Below the pieces are notes generated by a model. It worked only from the letters and a program-made list of their open reading frames with translations, had not been told where the DNA came from and ran no database searches. Positions 29,457 to 38,771 of a DNA stretch of 64,000 nt are shown piece after piece. The stretch is taken from the NCBI GenBank assembly GCA_965198875.1, contig CBDAPU010000001.1, forward strand, positions 1,840,167 to 1,904,166, given 5' to 3'. Numbering within the stretch: the stretch's first letter is position 1; every line of letters begins with the position of its first letter. Position numbers and translations under genes: made by a program. This DNA comes from Gammaproteobacteria bacterium (GTDB taxonomy: Bacteria; Pseudomonadota; Gammaproteobacteria; Eutrophobiales; Eutrophobiaceae).

Positions 29457-30326
29457 ATGCCACTTCCCCATGAACGGTTTGCCTTCTCCGCCATGCCGGA
29501 GCGGGCGCCGATTACATTTCCCCATGGTGAGAGGCTGGCCGTGTACCTCATCGTCAATATCGAGGAGTGGGACATTGAAAAACCCCTTGCCAGGGAATAC
29601 GTTACCTCGCCTGCCGGTGTTAAGACAGTGCCGAACATTCCCAACTGGGCCTGGCATGAATACGGCATGCGGGTGGGCATCTGGCGGATTATGGACGCCC
29701 TGGAGAAGCGCAGGATAAAAGCCAGCGCTGCGCTCAATGCCCGAGTGTGTGAAGGGGCGGGCGAGCCGGTCGCCCGGGCGATGCTGCAGGCCGGCTGGCA
29801 TTTCATGGGACATGGCTACGCCCAGGCGGCCATGCACGTTGTGGAAGATCAGCAGGCCGTGATCCAGCAGTCCTTTTCGGTATTAAAACAGTACACTGGC
29901 AAGGCGCCCAAAGGCTGGCTGGGGCCCGGCCTGCATGAAACCCTGGACACGCTCGATCATCTGGCGCAAACGGGTTTTAAGTATGTCTGCGACTGGCCTA
30001 TGGATGAGCACCCGGTAGCGATGAACACCCGCACCGGGACGATGATGGCGATGCCTTATTCCCTTGAGCTCAGCGACTTGCCTTTGATGGTCGTGCATCA
30101 GCATGAATCCGAGGTCTGGTTAAAGCGGGCCATGGCGCAGTTTGACCGGCTCTATGAAGAAGGGGCGAGACAACCCCGGGTGATGTCCCTGAGTGTGCAT
30201 CCCTATATCATGGGCGTGCCCCACAGAATACAATACTTTGAAGCCGCCTATGATTACATGATGGCAAAAAATGATGTGTGGTTCGCCACTGCCGATGAGT
30301 TATACGACTGGTTTAGTCAGCAGTGA
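29457..30326 (+). CDS. Polysaccharide deacetylase family (PuuE/allantoinase-like) amidohydrolase
   Basis: VNIEEW, NWAWHEYGMRVGIWR, MGHG, GWLGPG, DW..DEHP, LSVHPYIMG.PHR. Confidence 0.85.
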   Translation: MPLPHERFAFSAMPERAPITFPHGERLAVYLIVNIEEWDIEKPLAREYVTSPAGVKTVPNIPNWAWHEYGMRVGIWRIMDALEKRRIKASAALNARVCEGAGEPVARAMLQAGWHFMGHGYAQAAMHVVEDQQAVIQQSFSVLKQYTGKAPKGWLGPGLHETLDTLDHLAQTGFKYVCDWPMDEHPVAMNTRTGTMMAMPYSLELSDLPLMVVHQHESEVWLKRAMAQFDRLYEEGARQPRVMSLSVHPYIMGVPHRIQYFEAAYDYMMAKNDVWFATADELYDWFSQQ

Positions 30327-30491
30327 TGAAAGTTCTCTAAAATAACCGCAAAATGAGACGTTTTCGCCCAGGCAGGGCCGTAGCCTTTCGATGATCGGAG
30401 CTTGCATGAAAGTAAATAAGCATTTGAGAGAAGGCGAGGGCGCAGCATAGGCGGAACATAACCATGTTGATGTAACAAGTGAGTGAAGATA

Positions 30492-31691
30492 ATGAACAAA
30501 ACCCTGTCCCCGGATCAGATCTGGACCAGTGCGTTAAACCGAAGGGATGAGATCCTGTCCGGTTTTGATCGCACAATACCGGTACGTTTTTATGACACCA
30601 CATTGCGAGATGGCGAGCAGTCCGTTGGCGTGTGCTTCACGCCGGAGGAGAAATTCAACATCGCCTGCAAGCTGAGCGAGCTGGGCGTTGGCAGGATTGA
30701 GTCCGGTTTTCCACGGGTCTCCGCAGATGACACAGAGGCGGTAAAACGGATCCTGAGTGCCGGACTGGATGCGGAGATCTGGGGTTTCTCACGGGCAGTG
30801 CAGGCCGACATCGACGCCCATATTGAACTGGGTACGGAGCAGGTGTTGATCGAGATCGCCACCAGCGACTTGAAGATGGACGCTTATGGTTTCACTCGGG
30901 ATAAAGTCCTGCAACGGGTGACGGAGGCTATTCAGCACGCCAAAGACAAGGGCGTAAAAACCGTGAACTTTTTTGCCGTGGACTCAACACGCAGCGACCT
31001 GGCGTTCCTGAAAGACGTGTATCTCACGGCGCTTGAACAGGGCGCCGATGAGGTCTCCGTAGTGGATACCATTGGCGTGTGCTCGCCGGAGGCCGTGCAG
31101 TGGTTGATCGCTGAAGTGGCCGGTTGGGTGGGGCCGAACATCCCCATCCACTGGCACGGGCACAATGACTTTGGTCTGGCCACCGCATCTGCAGTGGCGG
31201 CCGTCAGGGGCGGCGCCCGCTGGATCCAGGGCACCATCAACGGCATGGGTGAGCGTGCCGGCAATGCCGACATCTGCGAGGTGGCGCTGGCCCTGCAATG
31301 CCTGTACGACATGCCCGTTGAGTTGGACTTGAGCTATGCACGCGAGGTCTCAAAGCTGGTGCAAGAGGCGGGCGGCTACACCGTTGATGGCTGGAAGCCG
31401 GTCGTCGGCGAGTTCCTCTATACCAGAGAGAGCGGCGCCGTGGCCAATCAGTTTCACATGCCCTCGGCCATCGAGCCCTATTCCGCCGACATCGTACAGG
31501 CCGAGCGCAAAATCGTGCTGGGCAAGAAGAGCGGTCTGTCCAATATCAAACTCAAGGGTGAGGAATTAGGGCTCACTATCCCGGCGGACAAATGCGCCGA
31601 GGTGCTCGCCGAGGTCAAAGCGATGGGCACGAGACATGCGCGCCTTCTCAGCGATGAGGAGTTCAGGCATATCGTCCAGCAGGTCGTTTAA
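30492..31691 (+). CDS. DRE-TIM Claisen condensing enzyme (homocitrate/isopropylmalate synthase-like, no LeuA regulatory domain)
   Basis: DTTLRDGEQS, HGHNDFG, NGMGERAGNA, IVLGKKSG. Confidence 0.88.
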   Translation: MNKTLSPDQIWTSALNRRDEILSGFDRTIPVRFYDTTLRDGEQSVGVCFTPEEKFNIACKLSELGVGRIESGFPRVSADDTEAVKRILSAGLDAEIWGFSRAVQADIDAHIELGTEQVLIEIATSDLKMDAYGFTRDKVLQRVTEAIQHAKDKGVKTVNFFAVDSTRSDLAFLKDVYLTALEQGADEVSVVDTIGVCSPEAVQWLIAEVAGWVGPNIPIHWHGHNDFGLATASAVAAVRGGARWIQGTINGMGERAGNADICEVALALQCLYDMPVELDLSYAREVSKLVQEAGGYTVDGWKPVVGEFLYTRESGAVANQFHMPSAIEPYSADIVQAERKIVLGKKSGLSNIKLKGEELGLTIPADKCAEVLAEVKAMGTRHARLLSDEEFRHIVQQVV

Positions 31692-31814
31692 TGATTACGA
31701 GAACTGCGAGAGAGCCGGCAGAGATAAGAACCCCGCCATTGTGAGGGAATATTATTCTGCTTGTTTGGGATGAGGCGGATATATCCTCGGTGATAAATGA
31801 AGTTGGCATAAAGA

Positions 31815-32783
31815 ATGAAAGCGATCAAGCGGGTCTGTGTGGTTGGCGCCGGCGCCATCGGCAGTTTGCTGGCCGGTCATCTGGGCGGGGTAGTGGAGAC
31901 GACCGTGTTGACACGAAGAGAGGCCCATGCAAAAGCCTTAAATGAACATGGCCTGAGCGTGAGCGGCAAGTCTGAGCGGCACGTTCGTCTTAGCGCCTCT
32001 GTTGAGCCGGCGGCCTTGGGTGATATGGATTTAGTCATTATCGCCACCAAGGCCTTGGCGGTTGAGGCCAGCGCCAAAACCATCGCCGGCCATTTCCCCG
32101 GCGCCCATCTGCTGATGATGCAAAACGGCCTGGGTTGTGAGGAGGTGCTTGGCCGTTACGGGGATTGGCCGATCATCTCCGCCGTCACCTTTATGAGCGG
32201 CACCAGGCGCTCCGATACCCATGTGGAATATGAGTTGGATACCGCCACCTGGATGGGCCCCTGGGCCGGGCGCCATGCAACGTATGAATACGTTAAGCAA
32301 GTGGCGGCGTTGCTGAGCAGGGCGGGATTGAAAGCGGAGGCGTATGAAGATTTGTTACCACAGCAATGGTCAAAACTGATCTTCAACTCCGCCGTCAACA
32401 GCATTGCCGCCCTTACCGATCTTCCTCACGTCAAAGCATATGCGATACAGGATAAGCTCGAAGACCTGGGGCATCTGGTCTATGCCATGATGGATGAGGC
32501 GAAGGGTATTGCCAAGGCGCGCGGCGTCACTCTGGCGGACGACCCCTGGGAGATGAATTGTCGCGCCGTGGGGCAGGGGATAACCGGAGGTGAAGACTAC
32601 GCCCACATCCCGTCCATGCTCGATGATGTGCGTAATCAGCGGTTAACCGAAATCGACTGGATAACCGGTGCGATAGTACGGGAGGCGAGGAAGGCGGGAC
32701 TGCCCGCCCCGTATCACGAGACCATGTATCGACTGGTGAAGGCCCATGAGTCCTCATGGGCACAAAAAGATATGCGCTGCTGA
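31815..32783 (+). CDS. Ketopantoate reductase (PanE/ApbA) family oxidoreductase 1
   Basis: VVGAGAIG, TK, MQNGLG, WSKLIFN, PSMLDD..RLTEID. Confidence 0.9.
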   Translation: MKAIKRVCVVGAGAIGSLLAGHLGGVVETTVLTRREAHAKALNEHGLSVSGKSERHVRLSASVEPAALGDMDLVIIATKALAVEASAKTIAGHFPGAHLLMMQNGLGCEEVLGRYGDWPIISAVTFMSGTRRSDTHVEYELDTATWMGPWAGRHATYEYVKQVAALLSRAGLKAEAYEDLLPQQWSKLIFNSAVNSIAALTDLPHVKAYAIQDKLEDLGHLVYAMMDEAKGIAKARGVTLADDPWEMNCRAVGQGITGGEDYAHIPSMLDDVRNQRLTEIDWITGAIVREARKAGLPAPYHETMYRLVKAHESSWAQKDMRC

Positions 32784-33086
32784 AAAAAAAGCACATGCTG
32801 GTTTAATCAGTGTGTCCTAAGGGATAAGGGAATTATATGCTTAACCATTGCATAATTCTCCAAAGGTTGCTTCTTCCGAATACTCAGAAGGAACACAGCT
32901 CGCCTTGAAACACTACTATTTGTCAGGGAATAGTCCGGTTTGAATATTTGTTTGATATAGTTATGCTTGAGCAGTGACAGGATGAAAATACAAGCATAAT
33001 ACACTATCCGTTTGAAGCGATGAGATATTGCAATTATCTTTTGTTTTGTCGCCAAAAGTAATATTCAGCAATGCCGAAAATAATAT

Positions 33087-33614
33087 CAAAAAGACTTCAA
33101 GGTTCAAGCGATGGACAACTGGAAGCATGGCAAACCATACGCTATGGTTGTTTGCCCTATCTACCAACTGCCAAGTCGTGAAAGTCAGATTTACAAGCAA
33201 GCGTCGACAAGAAATGTTTGCATATTCACATACTCTCACTTATCCCTTTTGGTCAATTATGCACAAGCAGAAGGCCATGAAAAATCTCAAAATCTTTTAC
33301 ATGAGGTGTTTCGGACTATTTCAGCCTTGAACCCTTCAAAAAGTGCAGCCGACTATTGGATGGCCGTCAATAAAACCATATTGAACTTTTCAAAAATCAT
33401 TCAGGATATCTGGAACACTGAAAAAATTGCCGCAACAGAATCAATCGAAGTAGCGAAACGGGAAGGGTTAAAATGCCTGGCAGCAGAGAGGGAAAGGATT
33501 ATGGAAATGAACCATGAGCAAGCACTACAGGAGCTGATTACGATTAACCGGATAGAGGGCAAAATTAAAACCATTAAATCAATCCATGATAATGGACTTT
33601 TCGCCATACAATAG
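33087..33614 (+). pseudogene. 5'-deleted HindIII-family type II restriction endonuclease
   Basis: QKDFKVQAMDNW...YAMVVCPIYQLP..SQIYKQA...NVCIFTYSHL resembles R.HindIII (NQKDFKV..W..YAVL.AP.FQYP..SQIFKQ); in-frame TAA immediately upstream. Confidence 0.75.
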
Positions 33615-33626
33615 AGCGTTCAAGTA

Positions 33627-34433
33627 ATGAAAAAATACATCAACCGGATTATTGAAGGCGATTGTGTTGAGGTTATGAGAAGGTTTGAACCCGACTCAAT
33701 AGACCTGACTGTTACCTCGCCGCCATATGATAATCTAAGGAGTTACAAAGGTTTTGAATTTCCCTTTGAGGCCATTGCCAAAGAGCTCGTTCGGGTGACA
33801 AAAGACGGCGGTATTGTTGTTTGGGTAGTAGCGGATGCGACCATTAACGGCAGCGAAACAGGAACGAGTTTTAGACAAGCCCTTTATTTCCATGAGCTTG
33901 GTCTCAATCTTCACGACACCATGATTTTCCAAAAGACAAACCCCATTCCGCAGATTTATCGCAAACGCTACAACAACATCTTCGAGTACATGTTTGTGTT
34001 TAGCAAAGGAGAGGTTAAAACCCATAACCCCATTAAAGTTGGCTGTCTCCACGCAGGACTTGAGTTAAGTGGTACAACATATAAAAATTATTCAAAGGGA
34101 GATCAGAGGCGTGAGAAGATGGCAAACCCGGTCAAAAAGGAAAAAATCAAAGGCAACATCTGGGAGTATGTGGTTGGCAAAAAGGCGGAAGACCAGGAAG
34201 CAAAAAGACATTCTGCGCCATTCCCCTGCGCTCTTGCCAGAGACCACATCAAGTCATGGACCAATAAGGGCGACATTGTGTTTGATCCCATGTGTGGTAG
34301 TGGGACGACTTGCAAATCTGCCCTCCAGCTAGAAAGAAAATACATCGGCATTGATATAAGTCATGAGTATTGTGAGTTAGCGAGAGAGCGAATCAGCAGG
34401 CATGAACCACAGTCAGCCTTTGACTTTGAATGA
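33627..34433 (+). CDS. Beta-class DNA methyltransferase (N4-C/N6-A)
   Basis: TSPPY, HSAPFP, FDPMCGSGTT, GIDIS. Confidence 0.9.
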   Translation: MKKYINRIIEGDCVEVMRRFEPDSIDLTVTSPPYDNLRSYKGFEFPFEAIAKELVRVTKDGGIVVWVVADATINGSETGTSFRQALYFHELGLNLHDTMIFQKTNPIPQIYRKRYNNIFEYMFVFSKGEVKTHNPIKVGCLHAGLELSGTTYKNYSKGDQRREKMANPVKKEKIKGNIWEYVVGKKAEDQEAKRHSAPFPCALARDHIKSWTNKGDIVFDPMCGSGTTCKSALQLERKYIGIDISHEYCELARERISRHEPQSAFDFE

Positions 34434-35082
34434 TACCGCTCTGATCATGACCATTTGACGCCCAAACAGCATCACTTGATCAAAGGCATTTTCTGCATGC
34501 TAGGTTTAATATTGAATTACCCCGCATGGGCAAAAAGCGGATACAGCAGCCCAAAACCAACCCATATAAAGAATTGCCATGAACATATCATGGAATAAGA
34601 TTTAAAAAGATGATCCACTTGGGGCTAAACAAGCCTTTGAGTATTTCAACGTTACTCGAAATAAACTCATACTCTCAAGGTATTCCGGGGGCCATTCTTA
34701 ACGATGGGTCAAAGAGCTATAAGATTGAAAAGTGGTTTGCCTGTCAGATCGTGCGGTTACTCTGGAGCCGGAAAACTACTCAAATCTGAAATTGCTTGTG
34801 CAGAAAGCAAATAGCTGGGTTGTTTCAGAATTCGATGCAATGTGTAATAAAGTAACGACATCGCTTGAAAAGGAGCCATATAAAAAGTTACTCGATAGAA
34901 ATGGCCTCAATGATAGCAAACCTGATATTAACGAAATCGACCAGCGTAGAAGTTAATATCTAACAGGGCTGAACGCATGGATACAGAATACTTCTAACCC
35001 AAACATGACGAGTTATGAGCGCCATCAAAGCCCATGCCGCCAAGTTTAAGTATATAATTCCCTAAAAAAACAGAGGCCATCA

Positions 35083-36012
35083 ATGAAGGTGTGTATTGTG
35101 GGTTGCGGCGCCATTGGCAGTTTGTACGCCGCACATCTGGCGAAGCTGGATGATGTTGAAGTGTGGGCCTATGATCTCTCCCAAGCGCATGTGGATGCGA
35201 TCAATCAACATGGCCTGCGCCTCACCGGTTTAAGCGATTTTACCGCCCGATTACATGCCCGCACGCATCCGGGTGACATACCGAAATGCGAGCTGGGGAT
35301 CATTGCCACAAAGACCCTGTCTACCCGCCCGGCCATGGCGGCCATAGCGGCGGTATTCAAGGATGGCGCCGTTTGCTCCATACAAAACGGCATCGGCAGT
35401 GAGGAGATCGTGGCCGAATATGCGCCCCGTGTCATTCAGGGGACGATCTTCCCGGCCGGGCACATCACCGCCCCCGGCGTGGTCAACCATGATGCCGGCG
35501 GCAAGACCTGGATCGGCCCTTTCGCCACCCACCCGGCCACCATGGCGGAAGTGAAAAAATTAGCCGACGCCCTCAACCGCAGTGGTCTGGAGTGTCTGGC
35601 GATGGCGGACGCCCGCGGCGCCCAGTGGACCAAGCTGATCTTTAATTCCGCCTCCAATGCGATGGCCGCCTTAACCCGACTGCCCCATGGCGTGGCCTGT
35701 GATCAGGCGGGCGTACGCAAGCTGATGTCGGTACTGGTGGCCGAGGGTGTGGCGGTGGCCGATGCCTTGGGGATCACCTTAGATAGCGATCCGGAGGCAC
35801 TGCTCGATTACGGTCGGGAGAAGGCCTACTACCACCCGCCGAGTATGCTTCAGGATGTGTGGGCGGAACGGCTCACAGAAGTGGACGCGCTGAACGGCGG
35901 TATCGCCGGGCTGGGCAAAGAGCTCGGTGTCCCCTGTCCCATGAATGAGGCCTGTGTGGCCATCATCAAGGGTCTGGAGGCGTCCTGGTCTTTGCAATAC
36001 CCGGAGGGTTAA
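35083..36012 (+). CDS. Ketopantoate reductase (PanE/ApbA) family oxidoreductase 2
   Basis: IVGCGAIG, IQNGIG, WTKLIFN, PSMLQD..RLTEVD. Confidence 0.9.
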   Translation: MKVCIVGCGAIGSLYAAHLAKLDDVEVWAYDLSQAHVDAINQHGLRLTGLSDFTARLHARTHPGDIPKCELGIIATKTLSTRPAMAAIAAVFKDGAVCSIQNGIGSEEIVAEYAPRVIQGTIFPAGHITAPGVVNHDAGGKTWIGPFATHPATMAEVKKLADALNRSGLECLAMADARGAQWTKLIFNSASNAMAALTRLPHGVACDQAGVRKLMSVLVAEGVAVADALGITLDSDPEALLDYGREKAYYHPPSMLQDVWAERLTEVDALNGGIAGLGKELGVPCPMNEACVAIIKGLEASWSLQYPEG

Positions 36013-36102
36013 TCAGAGTGCTCTATAAACCGGCATAATGGTCGCTGATGAAGTCAGCTTCTCCCTGAAATCCATCGATACTTAAATAAAGAGGAAATAA
36101 CC

Positions 36103-37257
36103 ATGACCGATCATACCAATCGTTTTCGCCCAACCCAGGCTGAAATTGACCGCCGTTATACCAACATCCGCGCCGCCATGGCAAAAGCCGGGCTGGATGC
36201 GCTCATCGTCAGCGGCAGTGAATACACCGGTTTTGAAGGGGCGGTACGTTATCTGTGCGGCTTCGTTATTTTGCACCGCTATGCCTATGTCGTGATCCCG
36301 GCCGATGCTGATCCGGTCTGCGTCTTCCCGCGCGAGGCCACCTGGGTTGGCGATCACGCCGCCACCTTCATTGAGAACCGCGAGTTGCCCGCCCATTGCG
36401 GTGAATGGATGGCCGACTATCTAAAAGCCCGGGGCGTTAAAAAGCTGGGAGTCTATGGCTTGCAGTACATCATCAACGTGCGCGACTACTCGGCGTTGGC
36501 GGCCCGGGATTTTGACATCATCGACTTTGAAACCGAGTTTGACTACGCCCGTGCCCAGAAGAGTGAGGAAGAGCTGGCCTCCGTCAGGCATTCCATGGCC
36601 ATCAACAAACAGGGCGTGCTCGATGTGATCAGGGCCTATGAGCCCGGCAAAACAGAAGCCGAGTTAATGGGTGTTGCCGAGCACACCTTTGCCGCCGCCG
36701 GTTGCGCCCGCAACACCATGGACATGGTGCAGATCGGCGCCAATGGCTCGCTGGCGCCGCAGATGGTCTTCCCCACGAACCGACCGGTTGAGGACTCAGA
36801 CGGGCTCATGTACGGCTTGGAAATATCCGGTGAGGGCGGCCACTGGGTGGAGTTCTCGCGCCCCATGTTTCCCGCTGGCATGGACGCCACCACCACCGAG
36901 ATGATGACGGCCTATCAGGAATTCCATGAGCTGGCCAAGGAGCACATGCGGGCCGGCAACACTGCCGAGGCGGCGGCCACTGCCTGCATGAAACCCATCT
37001 TTGATCGTGGCTATCGCTCCGGCCATGTGTGCGGGCATTCCATCGGCATGACCATGATCGAAATGCCCCGCATCGGCGAGGGCTTTGATTTCGTCTTGCC
37101 GGAGAATATGATCTGCTCCATGCACCCGCACTTTATGAATCAGGAGCGCACGCACTCGTTATATTTTCAGGAAACCTACCGCGTGGGCAAAGACGGCGGC
37201 GAGCCCTTGTCCGGCGTACCGATCAAGGCGTATGAGGGTGGGGAGGGGAGTTTTTAA
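36103..37257 (+). CDS. M24 (creatinase/Xaa-Pro peptidase fold) hydrolase
   Basis: Creatinase-like N-domain, RAQKSEEE, GHSIG, MHPH, QETY. Confidence 0.85.
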   Translation: MTDHTNRFRPTQAEIDRRYTNIRAAMAKAGLDALIVSGSEYTGFEGAVRYLCGFVILHRYAYVVIPADADPVCVFPREATWVGDHAATFIENRELPAHCGEWMADYLKARGVKKLGVYGLQYIINVRDYSALAARDFDIIDFETEFDYARAQKSEEELASVRHSMAINKQGVLDVIRAYEPGKTEAELMGVAEHTFAAAGCARNTMDMVQIGANGSLAPQMVFPTNRPVEDSDGLMYGLEISGEGGHWVEFSRPMFPAGMDATTTEMMTAYQEFHELAKEHMRAGNTAEAAATACMKPIFDRGYRSGHVCGHSIGMTMIEMPRIGEGFDFVLPENMICSMHPHFMNQERTHSLYFQETYRVGKDGGEPLSGVPIKAYEGGEGSF

Positions 37258-37532
37258 ATAGTCTGGACTGGGGGCGAAGACGACAAAGTCTGTACAGTAA
37301 ATGATCAACCATAATAAAAGGCAATTCTTCACCCCGTATCATTAATGAATGATAAAGACGTTTAGAAAATAAAAGTGAATGTTGTGTGAGTGTTTGAAAC
37401 TAACTGCCCAAGAAATTCTTTGCAAAACTATCTTGCACACTTCTCTTTTGTATCAAAAGCAGTTATTAAACCCATAGTAATGCTGCTATAGTAAGCAATG
37501 GCATACTCAAGTAACACGCAGGAGAACCAGGT

Positions 37533-37913
37533 ATGAAGGCCTTAGCAATTGTCGCTCTCGTGTTTGTTGCTCTTTCTCTTTTCATTCCGGTGTTGGGCGT
37601 TTTCTTAGCTATGCTTTGCAGCATTTTTGCGCTGATTTCCTTCAGATCGCAGGCTACACTTTCTGGGATAACGTTCGGAATCAACATAATCAATACGGCA
37701 TTTCTTAGTCCTAGTATTATGTTAAGTGACGCGGCATCATCCACCGGGGCATTTGAGTTGGATATTGTCGATGAGACAGCGATAATTGAAATGGGTAATA
37801 TCTATCTATTCTATGTTGGTTTTCACATCGTCCTTATTAGCAGGAGCAATGTTGTGGCGTCTAATTAGGGGGGCTCCGAATAAAGTGGCTGATAAAATAG
37901 CGGACGGTGCGTA
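37533..37913 (+). CDS. Small membrane protein, probably frameshifted near 37835
   Basis: Hydrophobic helices; alternative frame continues LLAGAMLWRLIRGAPNKVADKIADGA* to 37913. Confidence 0.55.
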
Positions 37914-38251
37914 ACAAAGCACACCACGACAACTACGCAAAGTACCCTCCGTGAGTTTAACTATTATTTTATGAAAATGAATAGCACAATAGCCACGCCG
38001 TCGAAGGCAGCAAAATAGTCGGTTACGATCTTAAAAAATTCTGATAAGAAAACGTAAGCGCTGTCTGCGGACAATATCGTAATCTTGCCGCAACACGGCG
38101 ATACTCGCCAAAATTTGGCGGGCGGGGCGAGTGAAATTTCCGCCTTCATAGTTTGCCCAGGTTTACAAAAATGACAGCCTTGTCTGCTCATTTCAGAAGC
38201 CCATCTCCTTTTCACTGAATGCTTAAACTTCTTGATTATTCCACAGCCAAA

Positions 38252-38532
38252 TCACAAATGTCCCGGCCATTTTCGTGCAGTATGAAAAACACTGAGTATG
38301 TGGGGATCTCGTCACCTTTGATCCTGTAAGGGATGATATAAGGAATGTCTGAGATCACCAATTCACAGGAATTTTTGACCCGGCCTGTACGCCCCATCTT
38401 TGGATATGTTATCAGGTTTCGCACGGCGGCTTGATTGCTAACATCATAAGCTGCGACCGGGTTATCTTGAGCGATATAATCCTAAGTCTGTTCTAATGCT
38501 TTTGCCGCTGGTTCCGTCCAGATGATCCGCAT
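38252..38532 (-). pseudogene. RelE/ParE family toxin, inactivated
   Basis: MRIIWTEPAAKALEQT*DYIAQDNP...YPKMGRTGRV...PYIIPYRI...(frameshift)SVFHTARKWP. Confidence 0.85.
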
Positions 38533-38534
38533 GG

Positions 38535-38771
38535 TTACTTTTTGTACTTGTTGAAGATGCGTTCCATTTCTGCATCGCCTACAAACCGGCCTTCATCAGC
38601 GGCCTTGATCCCATTTTTGATTTGTTGAATTTGCCAGGCATTAAGATCCAGGTATTGTTCAATGGCCTGATTGACAAGGTAATTTCGCGAACGATCCAGT
38701 TTATTCGCCAGTTGATCAAGTTTTTTAACCTTCTTGCTATCAGCACGAATGGTAAAGGCTTCGGTTCTCAT
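38535..38771 (-). CDS. CopG/RHH antitoxin
   Basis: FTIR...LDQLA..LDRSRNYLVNQAIEQYL..WQ..IKNGIKAADEGRF; immediately upstream of the toxin. Confidence 0.88.
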   Translation of the reverse strand: MRTEAFTIRADSKKVKKLDQLANKLDRSRNYLVNQAIEQYLDLNAWQIQQIKNGIKAADEGRFVGDAEMERIFNKYKK

